Shown: piece after piece, positions 1 through 11,000 of the stretch
How positions within the stretch are numbered: the first letter of the stretch is position 1
Layout of the letters: each line of letters opens with the position of its first letter
Assembly (NCBI GenBank): GCA_964199315.1
Contig: OZ116699.1
Span: 18,848,001 to 18,912,000 of the forward strand
DNA from: Orbicella franksi
Taxonomy: Eukaryota
DNA: 64,000 nucleotides
Reading direction: 5' to 3'
Notes under the pieces: generated by a model
What the model was told of the DNA's origin: nothing
Seen by the model: only the letters and a program-made list of their open reading frames with translations
Databases searched by the model: none
Program-made: the position numbers and the translations under genes

Positions 1-120
1 GGAGACTCGGCAAATTGAATTATATATTTTACTTTACAACTAAAATCGTCTCACTTTTTCATTGTGAATTGTTTTTTTGAGCTAGATGTGTATAATTGTC
101 TACGTTTGTGCTAAACTCAC

Positions 121-408
121 CAACAACCTGAAGTGTGTAAGTGTGATTTATACTGCCATATGGATTGGACACTATGCAAATGTATTTTCCTGAGTCGTTG
201 GGCACTAGATTTTTCAGTTTTAGGTACCAAATGGACGTGTTAAGATATGGGTCCATCCTTCGGCTGGGCATTTTCATTCCGTCCTTTAACCATGTGTATT
301 TGAGAGGTGGCGCTCCAGTCGCTTGACACCTCAATCTGATCGAATGTGATGCTGGCCATGCTCTAAATGCTCTTTTTAACAGATTTGGATCAGAAAAGGT
401 TGGTGCTC
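121..408 (-). CDS. Gene C exon: duplicated FGFR-type Ig2 (D2) domain
   Basis: Acceptor AG at 410-409 and donor GTGAGT at 120. The 288 nt translate as GAPTFSDPNLLKRAFRAWPASHSIRLRCQATGAPPLKYTWLKDG...YTLQVV. Confidence 0.88.
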
Positions 409-3400
409 CTAAACAAAGGACACAGAAACAAAATAATTAAGACCAATAAGTATGATGTGTAGCTTGACTCTACTTCTACAATCTTGTAGACATGGCCAGT
501 TGCACAGGTGGCGCAAAAGCTTAATTTTCGTTATAATTCAAATTCATTGGAATGCCAAAGGAAAACCCGTGGTTAATAGTTTGCAAGTATTTACTTTATT
601 TATTAAGGACAAGTCATTGATTAATGCGGGTTATGACCACTCTTCATGTGATATTGCCTGTTTTGAAAATGAAATGTAATAACCTTGTGGGAAAAGAAGA
701 AATATGAGAAAGTTTTGACTGATTGTACAGATGTTCATATGAGAAGCGTTAGACGTCTAGTTTCCTCAGCACTCAGGAATTACGAAAGTTGGCAATGGAT
801 CACGGAGAGTATACTCGTTTTCATCTGAACATCGGAAGAAAACCGATATTGCTTTGGTTTCTTATTTCTACACTGTGCAATGACATGCAAACCCAAAGAG
901 GTTAATGGCGTAGAAACCTCAAGGTACTTTTAAATATAATTCTACATTATACATACCGAATTGGTGATCATATTCACTTTTACTGTATAGTAGGATATAT
1001 TGCAGAGATATATTGCAGAGATATTTTCAGTATCAGATTAATTTGAGTAATAATATTTGTACATACAAACCTTCAACGGGGGCGCTGGGTTTCCCATCTT
1101 TGCTAAGGAAAGCACTACTGTAATCCTCGCCGACATGATTGCTCACATAGCAAGTGTAGAGTCCCAAATCATCCTCTTTGACATTAGCTATTCTCAACTC
1201 AACGCCGTAATGGTCCTTGACTCGGATAATCTTGTAAAAATGTGGGTCTATAATGCGGTATGATCCGTTCTCCAAGTCTTCACTAATTTTCTTTGTTGAT
1301 GTGACAGATTTGTCCCATTTCAGCCATCTGAAATCTGGAAGTGTTCCACTAACAAGCACAATGCATGTCATTGTTGCATTATCTCCAATCTGTACGGTTG
1401 TATTCTTTGGAGAGCTTTTTTGTAAGATGGGCCGTGATCGTGGTTTAGCTGTCGAGAAGATGATGGAAATCTTTTTTAAAAAAGAATATTTCAGCTGTAA
1501 CAAGACCAAAACTGCCAGTGTTGCCTGGTGCGGAGACTCGGCAAATTGAATTATATATTTTACTTTACAACTAAAATCGTCTCACTTTTTCATTGTGAAT
1601 TGTCTTTTTGAACTAGATGTGCATAATTGTCTACGTTTGTGCTAAACTCACCAACAACCTGAAGCGTGTAAGTGTGATTTATACTGCCATATGGATTGGA
1701 CACTATGCAAGTGTATTTCCCTGAGTCGTCGGGCACTAGATTTTTCAGTTTTAGGTACCAAATGGACGTGCTAAGATATGGGTCCATCCTTTGGCTGGGC
1801 ATTTTCTTTCCGTCCTTTAGCCATGTGTATTTGAGAGGTGGCACTCCAGTCGCTTGACACTTCAATCTGATCGAGTGTGATACTGGCCATGCTCTAAATG
1901 CTCTTTTTAACATACTTGGTTGAGAAAAGGTTGGTGCTCCTAAACAAGGACACATAAACAGAATAAATATGACCAACATTTTTGTCTCAATGTTATGATG
2001 TGATAGACATAGTCTTGTGAACGTGCCATTCGTGTAGTTGGTACAAAAGCTGACTTTGAATTATAATTGATTGAAATGCCAAAGGAAAAACCTGTAGTTA
2101 ATAGTTTGGAAGTAATTACCTTATTTCTCTTGAAAAGTCATTTAGTATTGCGGTGATGATCACTTTACGAAAATCAAATGTAATAAATTTGTGGAAAGAG
2201 AAGAAATGGGAGAATTCAATGCAACTGAGAAGAGAGAGACATCTATACTTTCCCTTTCAGCAATCGGGAATTGCTATAGTTCTCAATGCAACATAACGAA
2301 TGTAGTAATTTTCACCAGAACGTCGGAAGTAATCCGAAATTGCTGTGGTTTTATCTCGACATGTTATCTGATTTTGTTACACTGTGCAATCAAATGGCAA
2401 ACGATAAAAAACGTTCATGGTCTAAAAAGATAACTTAAAGGTACATTTTACTATAATTCTGAAGCCCTTCCATCAAGTGCGTTCGAAATCAAACATGCAA
2501 AATTGTATTTTTCTTGGAAATTCCGTTTGCAATGCACCATATCTTGAGATATTGGTAGCCTGGCAATTCCTGACCTAAGTTATAGGAAATCGAGCTCGCA
2601 CAAAATGAAAGTTTTATCTGATTTTGGATTTTTTTCTTTACCGTTTCCATTAAAATATAGATTTTTCAAGAAGAAACCTTATGTAAAAATTCTGCCTAAG
2701 TCCAGTATCTTGTGCAATTTTGACAAGGGAGGAATGGGTAAAAGTTCAGGTTTGGCCCTGGGAGAACGGTTTTTTAAAAATATCTTAAAGGGATGATTCA
2801 CGGCTCAACGCATGTGGAAGCTATAACGTTAGCACCTTTTGAAGTGAGAGAGTGTCTGAAAGTTAAGAGTTAGCGTACTTACGTCTACTTTGCATCTGGA
2901 TAGCTGTGAAAAAAAGGTGGGTGGGGAAGAAGGTTTGATTTTAACCGCAAATCTTTCCATTCTTCTGAGTCCACACACATGCTACTCCGATTTTAGTTAC
3001 CTTTATTTACCTAATACACTCGGTCTTTTTGCAATGTCCAGGATAGCCAAGACATTGTTAGACATGATCGCTTTTGCATCCAATACGTGCCGTTTATTTA
3101 AAACTTTACAAAAAAGATTTTGGTGTGCTGATTACATTCGCGGCATTTAATTCGCTGACTCGTGCCCAGTTGTCTTCTCACATCTGCATCGACTGGGAAC
3201 GAGTAAGGGATTTTCGAATGGCATGGTAACTCCGGCATGGGTCAAACCTGACTCGAAGACAAGGGCGACACAGGGACTTGGGAGGGTACAACCATAAATC
3301 ATAACTTTTTTCAAACCAGTTGAAGTTGATGGGACGCCTTGGTCCCAGCGTCTAGAATTCTTTGAACAGAGGGGTAGTGTAGTCCAGCAGCCTTGCTGAA

Positions 3401-4419
3401 GAGATTTCAGTTGTCCTCTCGTGAGGTGCTGACCTTTGCACGCCATATAATGAATATTCAGGAATATTGTTTGCACAACTCAACATCCCAACATATCCGG
3501 CACCTCAAATGTACATGGTTAAGCTTTCAAATCGCTGGATGTCTTTCAAACGGAAGACATCGAAAGCATGGAAGTGAAAATGATTTCCATGAGCTCAGGT
3601 TGAGCGCAATTATTAACATTATCATTGATTATGAGTTTATTTATGGAAGCTAGAGCAGTATCACGCAACCCCTGAGGGAGGGGGGGGGGTACTCAGAAAA
3701 GTTGGGTAGGGGTGTGCGGCCCACATCCCAAAAACCTTACCCTATTTATGACCAAAATCTGCAATTTTTGCTACTTTGTTTATGACCTGGCCAAAAATTC
3801 GATACTCTATTTATTAACTTTGAAGCTGGCACAGTTGCCCTAAACATAATTTATGATGGGATTTTGTTGACGGTCCTATCGATAATGATGAAAAAATAAG
3901 TTCCTTCTAAGAAACATACTCAATTCAAGACTAGAGTGCTAAAACCAAACCCTATTTAAGACCAAAATGGCCAAAATCGATACCCTATTTATGACCGAAA
4001 CGACTGAAAAATCCTAATCTTTGGGGCCGCACATACCTATGTAGCTCATATAAGGGAGTACCCCCCCGGGCACGAAATAAACCCAAACCCAGATCTAATC
4101 AACCCAATTAAGGAATTTCCACAGGAAAATATTTCATTATACACTCTGCTTTACAGTGAAGCTATAACCTCAACCATAGAGTTATTTGCAACGCATATTT
4201 TGGGTTAAATCTTCGCTTTCATTTAGTTTTTCTTGCCTGAGCTGCGCAATCGTAACTTAATTCTGAGCGTTATATGACTTGAATCGCTTAAACAATCATG
4301 CGGAACTTTCATCTACGTTTATTACTTAAAGTTTCTCAGTGGTACTTGCCTGAATACACTATCGAAGAGAAGAACCCTATGAGTAGAAGCATCGCCAACA
4401 GTTTCATGCCGGGGTCCAT
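121..4419 (-). CDS. FGFRL1-like Ig-domain gene C (partial, runs off the left edge): signal exon 4419-4350, Ig2 1939-1652, Ig3 1448-1071, second Ig2 408-121
   Basis: All exons are open in frame with phase-1 junctions and AG acceptors; donors are GT except a GC donor after the leader. The Ig exons carry FGFR D2 (C-x-A-x-G-x-P...TWLKDG...DSGKYxC..SNPYGSINHTYTL) and D3 (RSRPIL...GDNATMTC...YTCYVSN) motifs. The 3-prime end lies outside the window. Confidence 0.82.
1071..1448 (-). CDS. Gene C exon: FGFR-type Ig3 (D3) domain
   Basis: Acceptor ...ctcgacAG at 1450-1449 and donor GTTTGT at 1070. The 378 nt translate as AKPRSRPILQKSSPKNTTVQIGDNATMTC...DLGLYTCYVSNHVGEDYSSAFLS... Confidence 0.88.
1652..1939 (-). 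CDS. Gene C exon: FGFR-type Ig2 (D2) domain
   Basis: Acceptor ...ccttgtttAG at 1941-1940 and donor GTGAGT at 1651. 288 nt, phase 1-1, with both Ig cysteines and the W of TWLKDG intact. Confidence 0.88.
3670..4070. mobile_element. MITE-like non-autonomous DNA element with CCC..GGG G/C-run termini (hAT-like by 8-bp TSD)
   Basis: Starts ccctgagggagggggggggtact and ends gagtacccccccggg. Flanks cacgcaac / cacgaaat look like a degenerate 8-bp TSD. The internal sequence is homologous to 58138-58483. Confidence 0.75.
4350..4419 (-). CDS. Gene C leader exon (signal peptide MDPGMKLLAMLLLIGFFSSIVYS) with GC donor
   Basis: The minus strand reads ATG GAC CCC GGC ATG AAA CTG TTG GCG ATG CTT CTA CTC ATA GGG TTC TTC TCT TCG ATA GTG TAT TCA G|GCAAGT. 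Phase 1 matches the Ig2 acceptor at 1939. A pyrimidine-rich acceptor at 4482-4481 defines the exon start at 4480. Confidence 0.72.
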
Positions 4420-7400
4420 CGTGCTTCGAGTCAACTTTGCGACTCTTCGACTCGTGTCTGTGTACTGGGGGTCTGGCAGGCTGCCCAAGAGTCAAAAGAA
4501 GGTCACAAGCGTGGGTCAAACTTAAAGGCCAGGCTTTATGCTTATTGGTCTATTTGCAGAATTCTCGAAAGGATCGTTAAGTTCATTAGCTTTAATAGCC
4601 TTATTTGCGATGTTATAGGATTTGTGACAACTTAAGGTAATTCCTCTGAAATAAAAGTGACAATAGATTTTTGTTCAAAGTTTGTCCACTGAATATTTGT
4701 CATATGATAACTTCAATTTTGAAATAAAAAAGGGAGGTGCCCATGCTCATTAATTAAGGAGCAGCGAGGCATTGAAAATGCCCCTTTTTGGCATTATTTA
4801 ATGCTTATTATAAGAACGCATTCCCAGTAATTGTAAAATCTTTGTGAGCCCAGACACATAAGAACACGCATTAAACTGCAGTCAATACATTGTGTCGGAC
4901 AGAAATAAACATTTAAGCTTAATTCAGACAGAAAGCTAAATCATTGATTAAAAATTTGAACCAAATTTCTTGACGTGGTTACCAAACTGCAAAATAGAAA
5001 AGACTACAGTGTATCTGCTATTTTTCTCATTTGTTCAATTTTCAGCAATAGAAATTAGATCAGTCTTTTCTCACGCAAAGCTTATGATTAGTTGATTACA
5101 ATGACTGGAAAAAAAATTGGGGTGCCTGGGCTCGTTGGTGAGCTAGAGCCATTTTTCAACTGACAGAGCTCAATATCAAGGCAAATCCGTGATGTTTTCA
5201 ATATGCGCGTGCACGAGCGCGCGCTAATGACGCCATAAATTATGCGCAGTAAGGATGCGCGATGCAAATGTGAGCAATGACCTTAACCAAAATATGGAGA
5301 CCACTGCCAACTGAAGATTTGCTTTGTCTAAATAGTATACGAGCTTTGGCCGTTATATTACAAAAGCATTCAACAGAGAATCACTTTTTTTGTCTCCTAT
5401 ACTTAGGTGCACAAGGTTGTAGCCTGGTGGTACTCAAGAACAGCCTGGGGAGGCAACGATTTCCTTTCACGCAAATCACACCTTCTAAGAAACGTCTTCC
5501 ATTCAACTTTGCTAAAACCTTTCCTTAGTGCAAAACCTCTGGTAAGTGAACGAGTGATAATCCAGAGATTCCTGGTTTACGCTTTATCAGTAATAATAAT
5601 ATGCCCCTCGGACCGGAAGACTCGCAGATACAACGCGACAGCTCAATGACGTACAAAATACTCCTGCACAAAGACATCGATTGCCCACTAATCTTTCCGC
5701 TTAACTCCACGATGGTTAAAAAATGGCCTAATAATACTTAGGGTATTAATGAGGAAGCGTTTCAGTGTCTTTTGGTCTGTGCAAGTGCAGTTGGGTGCCT
5801 CCACTAATACACATCCGTTCCTCATCCTCAAAACGGACACCAGGGGAAACCAACGTTTATTTCCAGTAGTTCAAGATAGCTAGGGACTGGATGTCTCGGC
5901 GAATCATCTAAGAGCATGTGAACTTTACTTTTAGTGGGTCACGCAAATAACTTATACCTATATTGACCAACTTTGCTATATATTTTATCCGCTAGATTGG
6001 GTACATTTACTGAATGAAGTAGACCGCCCATTGTTCCACGGCAGTTATTTGCAAGCTTAGTAAGTGTCAAGGAAAAGAAAACACTTTTTAGGTGACCTGT
6101 AAGTCCATCACTGACATCTCCTTTATTGTCGATCCGATTAAGACCAGCCTACCCACGAAATTAGAACACAAGAGTTTTTACTTTGAGTGTGATAACTAAT
6201 TCAAGAAATACTACGTCCTTATGCAGTCATTGCGCGCCAATGCGTTACGATACTTAATGAAATATGGTTAGGAAAAGAGCATTTGCCCCGAAGTTTCGGC
6301 CTTAAAGTACTAACGAAAGAACGACCTGTTCTCAGCCGAGAATTAGTATGTCGCGCGCGAGAAAATGTGCCCAGCGCTAAAACAGACATATTTCTCGGGC
6401 TCAAAAGTAAGAATGGCCACTTTTCTTTGAAACATGCTTACATATATCGTGGTAAAAGCCTGGAACAGACTATAGTCAACATAGGATGCAGCGTCTCGGT
6501 GGCCATTTTCTAATCTTCAAGAGAGTTATTTCATTTGCAAATTAAGAACTGAAAGAATCTAGCTGTTTCAGTAAAAGGAAATTCTTAATGAAACTTATAC
6601 ATAAAACCTGAATACACTTGTTTTTAATACTATCACCATTATGCACTCCTGCTGCGTACTTGAAAGGGAACTTTGCACCGGGGACACCAACGTGAACACT
6701 CGGCCATCAAGTTTCTATATTGCGTGAGAGGCAAACACAAGTAAAGACAATTTCGACACAACAATACACAATTATGGGTCTTTCAGCATTTGTATTGAAC
6801 CCTTGATACCCGGCCGTGGTGCGTTGTCCGTCACATTTCTTTTAAAGATGATTTGTTTTCAATTTTCATTTTTACTCGCGGCATTTGAAACGTTACTTTG
6901 TAGAAATAAGATCGATTCATGAAGATTTCGTATATTAGAAAACTAATAGGGTCTTTTTTCTCTAACTATACAATTGCAGTGGAGTTTTCGGCCACTAGGG
7001 AAATAAAAATTTTTCAGTTCACAACACTCCGAGACCGTTGCACTCATGTCGAGGATTGCACACTAGTGAGATCCATGCATGCTCTTTCTGATAAATACCT
7101 CAAATTGTTAGTAACAGGCTAGGTTACTCCATATTTCACGGAGAAGATTATGTGTGTTTTGATGACTTGTTTACGAATGAGGACACACCTGTATGTATCT
7201 TATTAACGTGCACACCTGGACATTTTTCTGAACTGTATTTATTTCTGAACTGACTTTCGCAACAACAAGACACTTTAACTCATGCTATATTTCCCGCAAA
7301 TGAAATGAAACTGAATTTTGCGCACCAACAAAGATTTCAAACTGGTCTGTGGTAGAAGGTACACCTTGAATTTGCGTTTTACGTCGTTGAAATTTTGGTT

Positions 7401-7812
7401 AGTTTTTATCCGCCAGCGCGGAACTGAATCAGGGAAGGGATTTTTCTATATATACACATTCATTTATCAGTAGTTTAGTTGTAAAAGGGCGAAAAGAAAA
7501 GAAATGTTATGATTTGCATGTTGTCCCAAATTCACGTCATTTAAAGTCGAACATACACTTTTAACACCGGCTTTAATAACCAGCAAAACAAAGTAGAACC
7601 GACTTCGGATATATAATTAAGACAATTCGAGATTAAATACACGATAGTTATACTTGTGCAAAAACAACCCTTCCATGGGCACGATCTACAACAACATCTG
7701 TAAGGTGTGGGCAGGTATAACTTGCCCAAACGTCAGGTTTTAACAGTGTCACATATGCTCATTCTTGTCCAACATTGCCGGTGATCGCCAGAAAGATGTA
7801 GTCCCTCATGCT

Positions 7813-8003
7813 TTACGAGATCTCTATTCCTGGCTTTGTCGCTGTGATTCTCTTATGATACAGATGGCACCAGAGAAGGGCGATTGTTGTAATGACAGCC
7901 CAGGTGCTCAGTACACCTATAAACACACTGAGCGGTATCTTGGCCTCTCGGGATCTAGATAACACAGGTTTAGGCGATGGGTTGTCCAATGTAACGTTGG
8001 TTT
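7813..8003 (-). CDS. Gene B terminal exon: juxtamembrane, TM helix and 14-aa cytoplasmic tail
   Basis: Acceptor ttttttaattgtttaatcgtcAG at 8005-8004. Translates as ETNVTLDNPSPKPVLSRSREAKIPLSVFIGVLSTWAVITTIALLWCHLYHKRITATKPGIEIS*. Not present in the supplied ORF track. Confidence 0.8.
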
Positions 8004-11000
8004 CTGACGATTAAACAATTAAAAAAAGAAAAAAATGTGAAGATTTAAATTAATGTTGTTCGTACTTTTTTACCACTTATGTCATATTGTGTTGTCATAA
8101 GAACCACCCAATATAAATCATTTTTCTGCGCGTCATTGAGTACACACCGATGACTGATCACACTGAGTGGAAAAAAGATCTTTATATAAAAACAAAACTC
8201 AGCGGAAAATATGGAAAGTCAATGATACTTCTTGGCGACAAAAAAAGTGCAATTCTGCCAAAACTGATGAGGCGGTGTGCTTGCCATTGTGCAGTTTGCT
8301 AAGCGGCATTAACTTTGAAACTTGCATTCTTGCGTCGTATGTTGTTACTTTTTCCGCAGTCCATGTAACAGAACATCGTGGACGATTTGGTCGCTTTGTC
8401 CTATCCAAGTTCTTTATTTTCGCTTTGTACCCCCATCACCAGTCCGGGATCTAGCTATGCTAAATCATACGCTGTGGTCACCTCAGAATTGAGATGACCG
8501 CGATATCATGGCGGGATGTTGCCTTTGCCATTTCTTCGGTTGTACCCGGGTCAACTACCTATAGTTTTGGATATTTGGACGAGAAAGGAGATTCGTGCGT
8601 TGCTAAGATGGCCGTCAAAGACAAACTATAAAGATGCAACTTTTAATCGCATCAAACTATGAAGTGACCAAAAATACAGCCAAATAGAGCTGAAAGAGAA
8701 ACCAAATCCATGTATAGGTTCATCTTACCTGTAGAAAGCGAGGATTCTGTGTTGTGATGTTTCGCGAGGTAGTTTTTCTCAGGATTTGCTGTCGTGTCTG
8801 AAAGCGACTCTGTCGATCAGTAATATTAAAAGGATTAAAACAGTAGTATGCATTTCACAAAGGTATAGACAAACGTGTGGGTCTTCCCTGGAATGGATAA
8901 CTGTCTTTTGTTCAAGGAATGTTGCACTGGTAAGATCTTTTGAAGAGAGCCGCTTTCCAATGAAAAATGTTTTTCTGCATCAAATCCAGAGGTTCGGGAT
9001 GCCACCCGACCTCGTACAAAATTCTCTAGAATTGATCATTACTCACAGCTAGTCTCTCTACCTACGTGTATAAGGGACCAGCGGAATGAGCTGTGCAACC
9101 TTAAAAAAACGACAATGATGTACATGCATATGCTACTTGTTATCGGTAGGTCCGTAATCATATATAAAAATGCACATATGAGAAATTCAATTAAAAAAAG
9201 CGCACTGAAATGTAGGACAAAACAAAGTATCGAAAGTCAGAAACAAACTTAAGTTTGTGAGCTAAATAGTTGCGATGAACTGAGTAGTGTAAGCCTACCT
9301 GATTGAAAAGCACATCGCAAAACAAAACAAATGTTTTAGCTACGCATTTTTATGTTTATTGTACTAAACTCTGCGTTAATTTGTTGTGGAATTTATTTTG
9401 TTTTATAAGCAGTTTGCGAAAGTGAAACTGAACGAAATGAGGCGGAATGGTTTCAAAAATTTGTTGCTGAAACGGAAACAGCTAATATTCATACAACGAC
9501 AAACTGCGATAAAACAAAACGTCTGAAGAGTTTCAACAAACATTAGGAGCTAGTTACGTTCACTGAATTTATCCAGACTGGGCAAGAAAATTTATAAATG
9601 AGAATGATACAGTTGTAAAACAAAAAGGTCTTTTGGTTGTGAAAGAAGGAGCATGAGAAATTTATTTGAACAAGGTGAACTATGTTTTCTTTGGCCCAGT
9701 AAACACACAAACGCCGAAAAAAAAAGAACCATTTCGTTTAGACCAAACTAGCACTTTTGTTATGTGATCAAGATATCTTTCTACATAGAGGGTCAAGGAA
9801 CCAAAGGAAAATTACTAATTGTGAACAGCTCTTTTTTTTATTTAAGTTGAGAACGATGATCAGGCGGCCATTTTGCTCATTCGAATACGATAAGACCGTG
9901 CATTACACGTCGATATATTTGGTCTTTCAACGTCATCAAATTGCTAAACAGGCAAAAATATGCGGATGCTCTAAAAGACCCTATCAATTCCTATTTAGTA
10001 ATGGCAGGCGATTTTTATCCAAAACTTAGAACTAGACATGCTTTTTATATTGTTTGCGTTGTTTTTCCGACACGTATTCTGTTACCTTAAACACGATTAA
10101 GACTACCCAGAAAGAAACTATTTAAAAGAACAGGAAGCGTCGAATCTAATTTCCTTTTAAATTAAGCTGTCTATGGCCGGCAAAAGGAGTTAATTAAAGG
10201 GATATAGGGGGACTAAGATATTTACAATACCTCAATGACTTCTGTCACTTTCGATTAACGGTGATGTTATTGCATACGTTGGGTTGGAATGCAATGTCGT
10301 ATCATGATTCCAAAAAAACAGACAAGCTCACTGAGATGAACTGAATTAAGACAACTTCGTTCAGATGAATAAAGAGTAAAACACGTTTTTTTCGTTAACT
10401 ACTGATTTAAGTAGTCGAACGATTCTATCGTTCTCACAAAACGCCCAAAGTTTAACGAACTGGATGTAGTTCTTACCTTCTGACCCTTTCCACCTGTCCG
10501 TTTTCTCGCTTAAAAACGCACTCCTGTAGTCGGAACCAAGATGGTTACTAACGTAACACGTATACGGTCCAAAATCTTTGGGTGTGGCGTTTCTGATGTT
10601 CACTTTAACGCCGTACTTTCCTGCAACGTGAACCGTTTCATATTGCGCAGGATCAACAAGGGTGTACGAACCTCTTTCAAAGTCAAGTGAATTGGGGTAC
10701 GTGCTGGGGACATCATCCCACTTTACCCATCTAAAATCTGGAAGTGTTCCACTGACAAGGACGATGCAAGTCATCGAAGCGTTTTGTCCAAGCTGGACGC
10801 TGGTGTTTCTTGGGGAACCGCACTTCAAAATGGGCTTACTTCGAGATTTTTCTGTGTAAGAGAGAAACGTAGAACGATTGTAGACAGTTTATATTAACTA
10901 GATTGGAAAGGTGAACGCTCTGTTGAACCAAAAAAATGAGTTGGTCAAGAAGCAATCAACTACCAATCAAGAATGAGGTTTTGAAACTTTACGATCATTG

